64,000 bases of DNA from Gemmatimonadales bacterium (GTDB lineage: Bacteria > Gemmatimonadota > Gemmatimonadetes > Gemmatimonadales > GWC2-71-9), in the NCBI GenBank assembly GCA_041577295.1, contig JBFGJG010000018.1:11230-75229 (forward strand), written 5' to 3'. Shown here piece by piece: positions 1 to 10,915 of this stretch; within the stretch, counting starts at the first letter, position 1, and each line of letters opens with the position of its first letter. The position numbers and the translations under genes were made by a program. The notes beneath the pieces were generated by a model that searched no databases, was not told the DNA's origin, and was given only the letters and a program-made list of their open reading frames with translations.

Positions 1-489
1 GACGAGCACGACGTCTCCTTGTCCATCATCAAAGAAGTGAACGCGTTCAACCAGCTGCAAAAGCAAAAGCTCATGCGCATGCTGCAAACCGTTCTCGATG
101 GACACCTCTCTGGCAGCTCCGTCGCGGTCTGGGGATTGGCATTCAAGGCACGGACGGACGACATGCGGGAAAGTCCGGCCCTCGACTTCATCGAGGCGGC
201 CCTCACCTCGAACATGCGCGTGCGGGCATATGACCCCGAAGCCATCGAGACCGCCCGCTGTCTCCTCGGGAGCAGGATCGAGTATGCGGAGCATGCCTAC
301 GACGCCCTCAGCGGCGCTGACGCGCTAGTCATCGCGACGGAGTGGCTCGAGTTTCGCAATCCGGATTTCAAGAGAATCAAATCACTCCTCAAGCGACCCA
401 TCATCGTGGACGGTCGCAACCTGTACGATCCTGACAAGCTCGCTAAACTGGGCTTTCGGTACATCAGTATCGGAAGGAGAACTGTCTGA
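1..489 (+). CDS. ugd: UDP-glucose 6-dehydrogenase, C-terminal part (5' truncated by window)
   Basis: Frame is open from base 1. Motifs [27 protein letters not shown] and DGRNLY match the UDPG-DH C-terminal domain. Stop overlaps the next ATG. Confidence 0.9.
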   Translation, partial: DEHDVSLSIIKEVNAFNQLQKQKLMRMLQTVLDGHLSGSSVAVWGLAFKARTDDMRESPALDFIEAALTSNMRVRAYDPEAIETARCLLGSRIEYAEHAYDALSGADALVIATEWLEFRNPDFKRIKSLLKRPIIVDGRNLYDPDKLAKLGFRYISIGRRTV

Positions 490-1424
490 TGCGCGCACTT
501 GTGACGGGCTGCGGCGGGTTTCTCGGGTCGCACCTCACGGACCGCTTGATCCAAGATGGTCATGAGGTCATCGGCATGGACAACTTCCTGACCGGCACGC
601 CGGCGAACCTCACGCATCTCGAGCACGATCCCACGTTCACGCTCGTGAGACACGACGTGACCAAGTTCATCGAGGTCGAGGGTCCACTGGATGCTGTCTT
701 CCACTTTGCCTCGCCCGCCAGCCCCATCGATTACTTGAAGCTACCGATTCAGACTCTCAAGGTGGGATCCCTCGGCACGCACAACTCACTCGGCCTCGCG
801 AAGGCGAAGCAGGCGCGATTTCTCCTGGCGAGTACGTCGGAGGTGTACGGCGACCCTCAGGTGCACCCCCAACCGGAAACCTACTGGGGGCACGTGAGTC
901 CGGTCGGCCCCCGCGGCGTGTATGACGAGGCCAAACGGTTCGCCGAAGCCATGACCATGGCGTACCACCGCTATCACGGAGTCGATACCCGGATCGTCCG
1001 CATCTTCAACACCTTTGGACCGCGTATGCGACGAAGTGACGGTCGCGTGGTGTCCAACTTCATCGTCCAGGCGCTCGAGGGTCGGCCGCTCACCGTGTAC
1101 GGGACAGGACAGCAAACCCGCTCGTTTTGCTATGTCGACGATTTGATCGAGGGCATCATTCGCCTGTTCGACCGCGGCGGCGCCGACCCTGTCAACGTGG
1201 GCAACCCACAAGAGTTCACCGTCTCGGAGCTCGCACAGATTGTGCTCCGCCTGACTGGATCCTCCTCGACGGTCGTTCACGAGCCGCTCCCTACCGACGA
1301 CCCGAAGCAGCGGCGGCCGGACATCCGGTTGGCCAAAAAGCTCCTGGGGTGGGAGCCTCGCGTGCCGTTGGAAGATGGATTGCGACGTACCGTCGAGTAC
1401 TTCAGTACCTTGGTGGCCGCCTAA
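489..1424 (+). CDS. uxs: UDP-glucuronate decarboxylase (UDP-xylose synthase), extended SDR
   Basis: GxxGFLG Rossmann motif, [35 protein letters not shown] and [10 protein letters not shown] are typical of UXS. Confidence 0.9.
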   Translation: MRALVTGCGGFLGSHLTDRLIQDGHEVIGMDNFLTGTPANLTHLEHDPTFTLVRHDVTKFIEVEGPLDAVFHFASPASPIDYLKLPIQTLKVGSLGTHNSLGLAKAKQARFLLASTSEVYGDPQVHPQPETYWGHVSPVGPRGVYDEAKRFAEAMTMAYHRYHGVDTRIVRIFNTFGPRMRRSDGRVVSNFIVQALEGRPLTVYGTGQQTRSFCYVDDLIEGIIRLFDRGGADPVNVGNPQEFTVSELAQIVLRLTGSSSTVVHEPLPTDDPKQRRPDIRLAKKLLGWEPRVPLEDGLRRTVEYFSTLVAA

Positions 1425-1441
1425 GAGCGGGGGAGCGAAAC

Positions 1442-2188
1442 TTGAGCGCTGCGTCGAATCGTACCAATACGCCCGTTTCGTCCGCCAGAGCCTCCCAAGC
1501 CATTGCGCTCGCGCGCGAGCGATTCGATCTCCAGGACTACTACGCCTGCATTCATCTCTTGGAGGAGCTCATCGATGAGGGGCGCGCGTTCGCGGACGCA
1601 CATCACCTGGTCGGGCTCTCGTATCAGCTGATCGGGCAGCCGGAACGTGCGTTGGAGGCCTTTGAGACGGCGCTCGAGCTCAACCCACGCTACATCGAAG
1701 CGCACATTCATCGTGGCATCGTGCTGGGCGAGCTGGGCCGCTCAATGGAGGCCGCTGAGGCCTTTGCTACGGCACGCGAGATCGCAAGCGATTCCCGGGG
1801 CGAACTCCCACGGCACCATTCGGGCAAGCTGGCCAACCTCCATGCGGATTTGGGCGAGGCCTATGCCGAGGCCGGCGCTCTCACCGAGGCGATTAATCAG
1901 TACCAGGCGGGGTTGCGACTCCGTCCCGAGTTCCACGACCTGCGTTATCGACTGGGACGGCTGCTGCTGGAGGCGGGTCGGTCGCTCGAGGCGCGTGAGG
2001 AGTTCGAGCGCGTTGTGCGTGCGCGCCCGGCTGCGCCCGATCCCCAGGCCGCGTTGGGGCTCGCCTGCTACGTGTCCGGCGACGCGGCGTCCGCCCGCGA
2101 AGCCTGGGAGCGGCTGCTCCGCGAGCGACCGGAGGATGTACGCGCCAAAGCGTATCTCGCGATGCTGGAGCGTGGGTCGATCGAGTAG
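1442..2188 (+). CDS. Tetratricopeptide repeat protein
   Basis: Several TPR units (ALELNPRYIEAHIHRG, RPEFHDLRYRLG). Start placed at TTG 1442 after the uxs stop; the track's 1127 start overlaps uxs. Confidence 0.75.
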   Translation: MSAASNRTNTPVSSARASQAIALARERFDLQDYYACIHLLEELIDEGRAFADAHHLVGLSYQLIGQPERALEAFETALELNPRYIEAHIHRGIVLGELGRSMEAAEAFATAREIASDSRGELPRHHSGKLANLHADLGEAYAEAGALTEAINQYQAGLRLRPEFHDLRYRLGRLLLEAGRSLEAREEFERVVRARPAAPDPQAALGLACYVSGDAASAREAWERLLRERPEDVRAKAYLAMLERGSIE

Positions 2189-3116
2189 TCACCAGCGCCA
2201 TCGCTGCGGCGTCCCGCCGGCCTTGCTGCTGGTGTTGCTTTGCGCGGCCTGCTTCGGCTCCGCAGCCGATCACGAGGATCTCGGCGATCGCGCCTACGCC
2301 GCCCGGCGGTTCGTCGATGCGTTGGCCGAGTACCGTCTCGCCCTGATCCAGCGTGCCCCCGATCCTGATCTCCGCGCGAAAGCGGCATCCGCGGCGTTCA
2401 AGGCCGGCGATTTGACGGCGGCCGTTGAGGAGTACGTAGCGCTCGCGACGGAGGGGGGAGCCGAGCGGGTCGGTGAGGCGGCGACCGGGCTCGATCATGT
2501 CGCGAGCCGGGCGATCCGCGATGGGGACCGCGCTGCGCTGGCGTCGGCGGTGGCCGCGATCCAGCGCGTCGCACCCGGGCGCGGTCTCGCTGCGTTTGCG
2601 GGCGAGCTCGCGCGCGCACTCGGCGATGTTCCCCGCTCGTCGGAAGCGCTCGCCGTCTTGGCCCTGGCGGCGGCCGGCGCGCCCGACGCGCGAATCCAGG
2701 ACTCACTGATCTTCGAGTACGCCGGGGTGCTCCGGCGCCTGGGACGTTGCGAGCAGGCCGTCTCCACGCTCGAGAGCGTGGTCCGCCGCGACCGGGCACC
2801 GGCCGTTATCGCCGAGGCCCGCCGCGAGTTGGCCCGATGCGCCCTCGCGCTCGGCGAACGGTCCTTGGATCAGGGTCGCCCCCAGACCGCAGAGCAGTGG
2901 TTTCAACGGGCCGCGCAGGGGGCCGGGAGCGGACAGGACGAGCGTGCGGCCTACGTGGGTCTGGGTGACGTCCGACTGGCCCAGGGGGACTTTGCCGGGG
3001 CCGCGGAGGCGTACCAGCGGGCGCTCGAAGGGGCGTCAGCCCGCGATTCGATCGCGCGCATCGCCGCTGACCGGCTCAACATGATCGGGCGAGCGCCCGG
3101 AACCGACAGCTTGTAA
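2172..3116 (+). CDS. TPR-repeat putative lipoprotein
   Basis: Hydrophobic stretch LLLVLLCAAC (lipobox-like) followed by Ala-rich TPR helices (AYVGLGDVRLAQGDFAGAAEAYQRAL). Start is uncertain; GTG 2172 chosen. Confidence 0.65.
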   Translation: MGRSSSHQRHRCGVPPALLLVLLCAACFGSAADHEDLGDRAYAARRFVDALAEYRLALIQRAPDPDLRAKAASAAFKAGDLTAAVEEYVALATEGGAERVGEAATGLDHVASRAIRDGDRAALASAVAAIQRVAPGRGLAAFAGELARALGDVPRSSEALAVLALAAAGAPDARIQDSLIFEYAGVLRRLGRCEQAVSTLESVVRRDRAPAVIAEARRELARCALALGERSLDQGRPQTAEQWFQRAAQGAGSGQDERAAYVGLGDVRLAQGDFAGAAEAYQRALEGASARDSIARIAADRLNMIGRAPGTDSL

Positions 3117-3131
3117 CGGGTATCTAGGAGC

Positions 3132-3971
3132 GTGCACATCGATATTGGACGTGCGGCCCCAACGCGCCAGGCCGCTCGCGTCCCCGGGGGATGGAGGGGA
3201 TGTGATACGCGGGGATGGTGCGGTGCTACCAAGGTTTGGAGCGCCGCCGTGCTGGTGCTACTCGGGGTGGCGGCCTGCGGAAAGGGGTTTGACCCGACGG
3301 TGATTCCGAATCCCGACTCGCTGCTCGCGGTCTCGCTGGCCTATTATGAGGCCGGGGACTGCGGCAAAGCGCGAAAGGGGTTTACGCAGCTCACCTTTGA
3401 GCTGCCACCCCGAGATGCCCGGCTCGCAGACATCCGCTACTACCTGGCCGAGTGCATGTTGGACGCTGGCGAGCGGCTCGAGGCAGCACGCGAGTTTCGC
3501 CGGGTCGCCGACGAGTTCCCACAGCATCCTCGCGCATCGCTGGCGCTGTTGCGCTCGGCCGATGCCAACGCCGAGTTGTGGAAACGGGCGGAGCTCGATC
3601 CAACGTACGGTGAGACCGCTATCGCGGTGTATCGCGAGCTCCTCGCGCGGTACGCAACGCTCCCCGTGGCCGATTCGGCTCGCCAACGCATCGCCGAGCT
3701 GAACGACCGATTCGCCGAGAAGACCTACAAGGCCGGTGCTTTCTACCTGCGATTGCGAGCCTTCGACTCCGCGATCATCTACTTTCGAGACGTGGTGGCC
3801 AATTATCCACGCTCCGAGTTTGCGTCCAAGGCGCTCATCAAGCTCGTCGAGGCGTACCGCAAGATCGGCTACACCGAAGAGCGCCGGGAGACCTGTGACC
3901 ACCTCCGCCAGTTCTATCCTAACGCCGAAGACCTCGACGAGGCCTGCCCCAGCGCTCGACCTCCCACCTAG
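3132..3971 (+). CDS. bamD: Outer membrane protein assembly factor BamD (TPR lipoprotein)
   Basis: Lipobox GVAAC, TPR pattern, and the BamD-like C-terminal part FYLRLRAFDSAIIYFRDVVANYPRSEFASKAL. Start is uncertain. Confidence 0.8.
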   Translation: MHIDIGRAAPTRQAARVPGGWRGCDTRGWCGATKVWSAAVLVLLGVAACGKGFDPTVIPNPDSLLAVSLAYYEAGDCGKARKGFTQLTFELPPRDARLADIRYYLAECMLDAGERLEAAREFRRVADEFPQHPRASLALLRSADANAELWKRAELDPTYGETAIAVYRELLARYATLPVADSARQRIAELNDRFAEKTYKAGAFYLRLRAFDSAIIYFRDVVANYPRSEFASKALIKLVEAYRKIGYTEERRETCDHLRQFYPNAEDLDEACPSARPPT

Positions 3972-3977
3972 CAGCCA

Positions 3978-4565
3978 GTGCGGATCGGCATCGTCGGGGG
4001 CTCGTTCGATCCCATCCATCGGGGGCACATCATCGTTGCCGCGGCGGCGGCGAATGCGCTTGGACTCGACCGGGTGTGGTTCGTGCCCGCCCGATCGCAG
4101 CCGTTCAAGGGCGAGGGCCACGTCGCCGCACCCCATCACCGTGTCGAGATGGTTCGGCGGGCAATTGCCGCCGACCCGCGGTTCCTCGTCGATGACCGTG
4201 AGGTGGGTCGTAGCGGTCCGTCTTATACGATTGACACGTTGCAGGCGATTCGGACCGATCGCCCCAAGGATGAGTTATTTTTATTGGTTGGTGCAGATGC
4301 GGCTCGGGATTTTCCGGCGTGGCGAGACGCGAAGAAGATTGCCCGGCTCGCGCACGTGGTCGTGCTGACCAGGCCCGGTGTCGAGCCGCTGCATGACCAT
4401 TTGATCGAGCGGATTCTCCTGGTGCCCGCCGTGGAGATCTCAGCGAGTGAGGTCCGCCAACGCGCGAGTCGGGGCGAATCGATCCGACACCTGGTACCGC
4501 CCGCCGTGGCCGACTACATCGGCCAACACGGGCTGTACCGCCGTGACACGGAGCAAACAGACTGA
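3978..4565 (+). CDS. nadD: Nicotinate-nucleotide adenylyltransferase
   Basis: [11 protein letters not shown] (HxGH), SYTIDTL, LVGADA, ISASEVR. Confidence 0.95.
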   Translation: MRIGIVGGSFDPIHRGHIIVAAAAANALGLDRVWFVPARSQPFKGEGHVAAPHHRVEMVRRAIAADPRFLVDDREVGRSGPSYTIDTLQAIRTDRPKDELFLLVGADAARDFPAWRDAKKIARLAHVVVLTRPGVEPLHDHLIERILLVPAVEISASEVRQRASRGESIRHLVPPAVADYIGQHGLYRRDTEQTD

Positions 4566-4572
4566 AGGGCAA

Positions 4573-7500
4573 ATGCTGAAACAGCTGGTAAACAAGGTGA
4601 TCGGCACCCGCTTTGAGCGTGAGCTCAAGCGGATTCAGCCGATCATCGACCGTATACACGCCCACGAGCAAGAACTCGCCGACCTCTCAGATGAGGAGGT
4701 TCGGGCCCAGACCGGCCGGTTGCGGGAGAGGTTGCGGGAGCAGCTCGGTGACATCGAAGGGCAGCTGACGCAGAAGCGCGATGAGAAGCACGGCTGCGCC
4801 GACCCGGTGCGGCGTGATGCGTTGAACGACGAAGTCCACGATCTCGAAGAGCAGCTCAAGAAGGAAACCCAGAAGGCGCTCGACGCGCTCCTTCCCGAGG
4901 CGTTTGCAACAGTGCGTGAGGCGTGCCGCCGGCTGGTCGGCACAACGGTGGTGGTCACCGGACACGAGCTCCCCTGGGACATGGTGCCGTACGACGTCCA
5001 GCTCATCGGCGGCCTCGTGTTGCACCAGGGCAAAATCGCCGAGATGGCGACTGGTGAAGGGAAGACGCTCGTCGCCACGCTCCCGCTGTATCTCAACGCG
5101 CTTCCGGGTAAAGGCGCTCACCTCGTCACCGTCAACGACTATCTGTCGCGCCGTGACTCACAGTGGATGGGTCACCTGTTCAGCTTCTTGGGCCTCACAG
5201 TGGGATGTATCGACGAGACCGATCCTTCGACGCCGGAACGCCGCGCGGCCTACCAGTGCGACATCACCTACGGCACCAACAACGAGTTTGGGTTCGACTA
5301 CTTGCGGGACAATATGGTCTTCGCGGTGGAGCAGCGGGTGCAGCGCCCTCATACGTACGCCATCATCGATGAGGTGGACAGCATTCTCATCGACGAAGCG
5401 CGTACGCCGCTGATCATTTCGGGACCAGTTGGCAACGAGTCTGACCAGAAGTACCGCGAGCACAACGCGCAGGTACAGAGCCTCGTCCGCAAGCAGGCTG
5501 CAGTGGTGAATCAGTTGGTCGCGGAGGTCGAGCCCATTCTTTCCGAGGATTCGTCGGACTACGACGCCTCGGTCAAGCTGTTCCTCGCACGTCAGGGCAT
5601 GCCAAAGCACAAACGGCTCATGAAGTTAATGCAGGAGCCGGAGCTCCAGCAGATGGTGCAACGCATAGAGCTCGATCGCATCGCCGATCGCAAGCTGCCC
5701 CACGGCCAGCAGCGGTTTCGGGATCTCGAGGAGGATCTCTACTTCGTCATGGATGAGCGAGGACGATCCGTTCACCTGACGGATCGTGGTGTCGAAACGA
5801 TGAGCCCCACGGATCCAAACCTGTTCATCGTACCCGACATCTCTGAGGAGATGGGTGCCATCGAGCACGACGAGAATCTCTCGGCGGAAGAAAAGCTGGA
5901 GCAGCGCCGCAAGCTCGAGGGCGAATACGCTGAGAAGAGCGAGAAGCTCCAGATCATCCACAAGCTGTTGCAGGCCCACGCCCTCTATGAGAAAGATGTG
6001 GAGTACGTCGTTCAGGACGGCCAAGTGTTCATCGTCGATGAGTTCACGGGTCGCATCCTTCCCGGCCGCCGGTGGTCGGACGGACTCCATCAAGCCATCG
6101 AAGCGAAAGAAGGCGTCACCGTGCGCGGTGAAACGCAGACGATGGCGACGATCACCATTCAGAACTACTTCCGGATGTACGACAAGCTGTCCGGAATGAC
6201 GGGTACGGCGGAGACCGAGGAGACGGAGTTCTTTCAGATCTACGGACTCGAAGTGATGGTGATTCCCACCAACCGGCCCGTGCGCCGGGTGGATGTCGAC
6301 GACCACATCTATCAGACCCGCCGCGAGAAGTACAACGCCATCATCGAAGAGATCGATCGGCAGCACAAGCGCGGCCTCCCCGTCTTGGTCGGCACGACGA
6401 GCGTCGAGGTGTCGGAAACCCTGGCGCGCATGCTGAAGCGTCGGGGTCTCAAGCACGAAGTGCTGAACGCGAAACAGCACCAGCGCGAGGCGGAGATTGT
6501 GGCGCAGGCAGGGCGTGCTGGGTCGATCACGATCGCCACGAACATGGCGGGGCGGGGCACCGACATCAAACTCCAGATGGGCGTGAAGAAGTGCCAGGTG
6601 TGCGGCATCAAGGCCAAGCTGGCGCCGTTTGGGCAGGTGGGTGAAAGCCCTGATCTGTCTGATCAGGAGATTCGCGAGCTCGGCTGCAACGACGACCCCC
6701 CATGCGGACTCGTCGTCATAGGAACCGAACGGCACGATGCCCGTCGCATCGATCGTCAGCTCAGAGGGCGGTCGGGACGCCAAGGCGATCCCGGAGATAG
6801 CATCTTCTTCCTCTCACTCGAAGACCGCCTGATGCGCCTGTTCATGTCCGAGCGCGTCGCCAAGATCATGGGCAAGGCAGGGGTCGAGGAGGGGGAGGTG
6901 ATCACCCACCCGTGGGTCACAAAGGCGATCGAAAACGCCCAGAAGCGGGTGGAGCTGCAGAACTTCCAGGCGCGGAAGCGGCTGCTCGATTACGACGACG
7001 TCATGAATCAGCAGCGAGAGGTGATCTACTCCCTGCGTCTGTTTGCGCTCGAGGGTGGTGAGGAGCTCAAGGCGGAGGCCGTACGGATGATCGAAGAGGC
7101 CTTGAGCAAGTACGCCCGCGAGGAGGTCGTCGAACGTCCCGAGGAGTGGGATCGAGATCTGTTGGCGACCGACCTCTTGATGCGGTTTCTGCTCTCGGTC
7201 CCGGACGTCAAGGACCCCGAGGAGGTCGCGAGTCACGACGCGCTCGAAGCCTTGCTCAAACAGGCGGGTGACGAAGCGTTCCGCGCCAAGCTCGCCTCAT
7301 GGGACGAGCTCGGCGCACGCTACAAGGCGGAGAATCTCGCCGAGCGGGTGCTATCGCACCTCATGCTGTCGCTCATCGACGAGAAGTGGAAGGATCATCT
7401 GTTCGAGCTGGATCACCTGCGTGCCGGCATCCAGTATCGTGCCTGGGGGCAGAAGGATCCGCTGATCGAGTACAAGAAGGACGCGTTCGAGATGTTCATC

Positions 7501-7839
7501 GATTTGATCGACGACATCCGGACCACGTTCACCGAGCGTTTCTTCAAGTTCCAGGTGCAGATCAGCGGGGAGACGCCCGATCGGATGCGCCGGGCACCCG
7601 CCGAACGGGTGCGTGCCGAGCACCCAGCATCCGACGCCGACCTGATGGTCCCCGGAGCCGTCCCGGTCGGAGCCGCCGCCATTCCGCCGTCCCGCGAGAT
7701 GATCACCAACCGCGGACCCGATGGGGCGTCCGCCCGGGCGAAGCCGGTCCAGCGCAGCGTTCCCAAGGTTGGTCGGAACGACCCCTGTCCGTGTGGTAGC
7801 GGCAAGAAGTACAAGAAATGCCACGGGGCAGCAGCCTAG
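4573..7839 (+). CDS. secA: Preprotein translocase subunit SecA
   Basis: [50 protein letters not shown] and the C-terminal SEC-C motif [22 protein letters not shown] at 4573. Confidence 0.98.
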   Translation: MLKQLVNKVIGTRFERELKRIQPIIDRIHAHEQELADLSDEEVRAQTGRLRERLREQLGDIEGQLTQKRDEKHGCADPVRRDALNDEVHDLEEQLKKETQKALDALLPEAFATVREACRRLVGTTVVVTGHELPWDMVPYDVQLIGGLVLHQGKIAEMATGEGKTLVATLPLYLNALPGKGAHLVTVNDYLSRRDSQWMGHLFSFLGLTVGCIDETDPSTPERRAAYQCDITYGTNNEFGFDYLRDNMVFAVEQRVQRPHTYAIIDEVDSILIDEARTPLIISGPVGNESDQKYREHNAQVQSLVRKQAAVVNQLVAEVEPILSEDSSDYDASVKLFLARQGMPKHKRLMKLMQEPELQQMVQRIELDRIADRKLPHGQQRFRDLEEDLYFVMDERGRSVHLTDRGVETMSPTDPNLFIVPDISEEMGAIEHDENLSAEEKLEQRRKLEGEYAEKSEKLQIIHKLLQAHALYEKDVEYVVQDGQVFIVDEFTGRILPGRRWSDGLHQAIEAKEGVTVRGETQTMATITIQNYFRMYDKLSGMTGTAETEETEFFQIYGLEVMVIPTNRPVRRVDVDDHIYQTRREKYNAIIEEIDRQHKRGLPVLVGTTSVEVSETLARMLKRRGLKHEVLNAKQHQREAEIVAQAGRAGSITIATNMAGRGTDIKLQMGVKKCQVCGIKAKLAPFGQVGESPDLSDQEIRELGCNDDPPCGLVVIGTERHDARRIDRQLRGRSGRQGDPGDSIFFLSLEDRLMRLFMSERVAKIMGKAGVEEGEVITHPWVTKAIENAQKRVELQNFQARKRLLDYDDVMNQQREVIYSLRLFALEGGEELKAEAVRMIEEALSKYAREEVVERPEEWDRDLLATDLLMRFLLSVPDVKDPEEVASHDALEALLKQAGDEAFRAKLASWDELGARYKAENLAERVLSHLMLSLIDEKWKDHLFELDHLRAGIQYRAWGQKDPLIEYKKDAFEMFIDLIDDIRTTFTERFFKFQVQISGETPDRMRRAPAERVRAEHPASDADLMVPGAVPVGAAAIPPSREMITNRGPDGASARAKPVQRSVPKVGRNDPCPCGSGKKYKKCHGAAA

Positions 7840-7979
7840 GCGGTCGCTAGCCAGGGCCGTACCGGTTCCTTCAACAAGTCCCCGATGGGCTCGAGTCCCG
7901 CTGAGCCTGCCGGGCTTCCGTTCCCCCTCGCGTGTTTTCACCTAACACGACGCGCCCGGTGTGCATCATCTGTAAGTCC

Positions 7980-8666
7980 ATGGCATGCTTGCAAATCGCT
8001 GATTCGGACGAGCGGGAGCGCCCGCGCGAGCGGCTGTTCACCCACGGGCCTGCCGCGTTGACGGTGATCGAGCTCCTTGCCATTGTCATTGGGACAGGGA
8101 CGCGGAGCCAGGATGTCCTAGCGGTGGCCCGAAGTCTGCTGGCCATGGCCGGTGGGTCGACGCGTGCGCTCGCCCGGCGCCCAGCGAGTGAGTTGGCGCA
8201 AGTCGGCGGTGTCGGACGCGCCAAGGCAGCCCGGGTCGCTGCCGCCCTCGAGCTGGGTCGCCGCCTGTGCGGCACGGACGGCGGTGTCCCAACGATGGTT
8301 CGCTCGCCAGCCGATGTCTCGCGGCGGTGCGGGCCGGCCCTGCGGGATCTCGTGGTCGAAGAGTTTCATCTTCTCACGCTCGATGCGCAGAACCGCATTA
8401 CTCGCGAGCTGCTCATCACCCGGGGCATCCTGAACAGTTCGCTGGTGCATCCACGCGAGGTGTTTCGGGCGGCAATCGCGGAGGCGGCGGCTGGGGTGAT
8501 CGTGGTTCACAACCACCCATCCGGCAGTCCCATCCCGTCGACCGAAGATCGTGCGGTCACGGCGCAATTAGTCGAGGCGGGGCGCCTTCTCGACATCCCG
8601 GTGTACGATCACGTGATCGTGGCTGGCGATCACTACTTCAGCTTTGCGGAGGCAGGACTCTTGTAA
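7980..8666 (+). CDS. radC: RadC/JAB-domain protein
   Basis: ERPRERL N-terminus, HhH region GVGRAKA, and JAB motif VHPREVF...HNHPSG...PSTED...DHVIV. Confidence 0.92.
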   Translation: MACLQIADSDERERPRERLFTHGPAALTVIELLAIVIGTGTRSQDVLAVARSLLAMAGGSTRALARRPASELAQVGGVGRAKAARVAAALELGRRLCGTDGGVPTMVRSPADVSRRCGPALRDLVVEEFHLLTLDAQNRITRELLITRGILNSSLVHPREVFRAAIAEAAAGVIVVHNHPSGSPIPSTEDRAVTAQLVEAGRLLDIPVYDHVIVAGDHYFSFAEAGLL

Positions 8667-10855
8667 TGGGTGCATTGGCGACGGTCGACCACGCGTTTGC
8701 TGAGGCGCTGACCGAGCGGAAAGATCGGTTGGACCTCCAGCTCATCGAGCGCGCGCTCGAGTTCAGCACGGCGGCGCACCGGGGGCAGAAGCGGCTCTCC
8801 GGTGACGATTTTGTGTCGCACTCGGTGGAAGTCGCCAAGATTCTCGTGGATCAGCAGCTCGATACCGTCACTATCACCGCTGCGCTGCTCCACGATGTCG
8901 CTGAAGATTCCGACGTCACGTTGGAAGAGATCAAAGCCACGTTTGGCCCCGAGGTCGGGTGGATCGTCGACGGCCTGACCAAGATCTCCCACTTGCGGTT
9001 TCGCTCCGCGGCCGAGGAGCAGGTCGAGAACTACCGCAAGCTGCTTCTGTCGATCGCCAAGGATGCGCGTGTGATCTTCGTGAAGCTCGCCGACCGGCTG
9101 CACAATATGCGCACCCTCGAGCACTTGCCCAAGGAACGTCGTACGCGCATCGCGCGCGAGACGCGAGAGATTTACGCGCCCCTCGCGCATCGGTTTGGGA
9201 TGGGTGGTATCAAAGCCGAGCTCGAGGATCTCGCGTTCAAGTTTCTCGAGCCCGCGGAGTATCGCGGCCTCGCGGACAAGTTGCAGGCGAAGCGAGATGA
9301 ACGAGAGCAGTTGATCAATCGTCTCCGGACGCCGCTCGAATCAGCGCTCAAGCGGTCCGGTATCGAGGAGTACGAGGTCACGGGCCGGCCAAAACATCTG
9401 TGGTCCATCTACCGGAAGATGAAAAACCGTGATCTCCCGCTGGACGAAATCTACGATCTGATGGCGGTCCGGGTCCTCGTGGGGAGCGTGCGAGACTGTT
9501 ACCACGTGCTCGGCGTCATCCACCACGCCTGGACACCGTTGCAAGAGCGGATCAAGGACTACATCGCCTCGCCGAAGTCCAATGGATACCAGTCACTCCA
9601 CACAACGATCTTTGGACCGGGTGGCAAGCTGTACGAGATCCAGATCCGCACGTGGGAGATGCACCGCACCTCGGAGTATGGCCTGGCGGCGCACTGGGTC
9701 TACAAGGAGGGGCGGGGGCGGGAGCAACGGGACGATATCGACTCCCACTTCGAGTGGTTCCGACAGCTGCTCGAGCTGCAGCAAGACGCGCACAGCCCCG
9801 AGGAGTTCCTGGAGTTCCTCAAGATCGACCTTTATCAAGATGAGATCTTCGTCTTCACGCCCAAAGGCGATGTCAAGCGTCTTCCCAAGGACGCGAGCGC
9901 GATTGATTTCGCGTTCGAGGTGCACACCGAGATCGGCTTGCGGTGTCAGGGCGCACGGATCAATGGGCGCATCGCGCCCCTGCATCGTGCTCTGCGCAAT
10001 GGCGACACGGTGGAGATTCTCACGTCGCCCCACGCCCGACCCAGCAAGGACTGGCTCAATCACGTGCGCACCGCACGGGCCCGCCACAAGATCCGACGCT
10101 GGATCAAGGAAGAGGAGGCCGAGCGAAGCATCGCGTTGGGTAAGGAGATTCTCGCCCGGGAGCTGCGGCGCCGCCGGCTCGAGATGCCCGAGGACGACGA
10201 GCTCGCCGAAGCCGCCGAGAAGCTTTCGGTCGGGTCCACAGGTGCCCTGTATCAAGTGGTGGGGCGCGGCGACACGCCCATCGGTCAGGTCATCAAAGCC
10301 CTCTACCCAGAACGGCCCAGCGACGAGCTCCAGGCGCCCCGGCCAACAGCGTTTGGCCGCGTGCTGGATCGTATCCGGCTCGGTCGCGGTGTACGCATTC
10401 ATGGGGTGGACGGGCTCATGGTCCGTTACGCTCAGTGCTGCCAGCCCGTCCCCGGCGACAAGGTGGTGGGCTATGTGACGAAGGGACGGGGCATCTCGAT
10501 ACATCGGGCGGACTGTCCTAACCTGCTCACCATGTCGGACGATCCGGAGCGCCGAGTCGAGATCGACTGGCAAAAGATGGAGGGTGAGGTTTTCGTCGTC
10601 TGCCTCGGCGTCGTAGGTGAGGATCGTCGCGGACTCTATGCGGATCTCATGACCGCCATATCCCAAACAGGCACCAACATTCGGAGCGCCGAACTCGCCA
10701 GCAAGGACGGTGCGATGTTTGGTTCGGTCTTGGTGGAGGTCGAGAACCACGCCCACCTCGCCAAAGTCATGCGTACGATGCGGCGCGTGAAGGGCGTGTC
10801 AGAGGTCGATCGCCGCGAACCCCCGACCAGAGTCGCAACATCGGAGGGTGCTTAA
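8666..10855 (+). CDS. rel: Bifunctional (p)ppGpp synthetase/hydrolase (long RSH)
   Basis: Intact HD motif (LLHDVAED), KLADRLHNMRTL, RIKDY...NGYQSLHT, plus TGS, ZFD (CCQPVPGD) and ACT domains. ATG overlaps the radC stop. Confidence 0.95.
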   Translation: MGALATVDHAFAEALTERKDRLDLQLIERALEFSTAAHRGQKRLSGDDFVSHSVEVAKILVDQQLDTVTITAALLHDVAEDSDVTLEEIKATFGPEVGWIVDGLTKISHLRFRSAAEEQVENYRKLLLSIAKDARVIFVKLADRLHNMRTLEHLPKERRTRIARETREIYAPLAHRFGMGGIKAELEDLAFKFLEPAEYRGLADKLQAKRDEREQLINRLRTPLESALKRSGIEEYEVTGRPKHLWSIYRKMKNRDLPLDEIYDLMAVRVLVGSVRDCYHVLGVIHHAWTPLQERIKDYIASPKSNGYQSLHTTIFGPGGKLYEIQIRTWEMHRTSEYGLAAHWVYKEGRGREQRDDIDSHFEWFRQLLELQQDAHSPEEFLEFLKIDLYQDEIFVFTPKGDVKRLPKDASAIDFAFEVHTEIGLRCQGARINGRIAPLHRALRNGDTVEILTSPHARPSKDWLNHVRTARARHKIRRWIKEEEAERSIALGKEILARELRRRRLEMPEDDELAEAAEKLSVGSTGALYQVVGRGDTPIGQVIKALYPERPSDELQAPRPTAFGRVLDRIRLGRGVRIHGVDGLMVRYAQCCQPVPGDKVVGYVTKGRGISIHRADCPNLLTMSDDPERRVEIDWQKMEGEVFVVCLGVVGEDRRGLYADLMTAISQTGTNIRSAELASKDGAMFGSVLVEVENHAHLAKVMRTMRRVKGVSEVDRREPPTRVATSEGA

Positions 10856-10915
10856 GGAACGGTAGGTCTCCCCTCTATCCCCCTCTCTTCCTTCTACTCC
10901 CTCTTAAATTGATGT

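Noticed and set aside
5626..6783. Long antisense ORFs (e.g. 5626-6783, 9593-10756, 10904-12001, 44507-45511, 32563-33558)
   Set aside because: They mirror well-supported genes on the other strand and have no recognisable motifs. Such shadow ORFs are expected in GC-rich DNA.
7980..8666. radC as a marker of a mobile or anti-defence element
   Set aside because: It is a full-length chromosomal-type RadC coupled to rel, with no integrase or cargo nearby.
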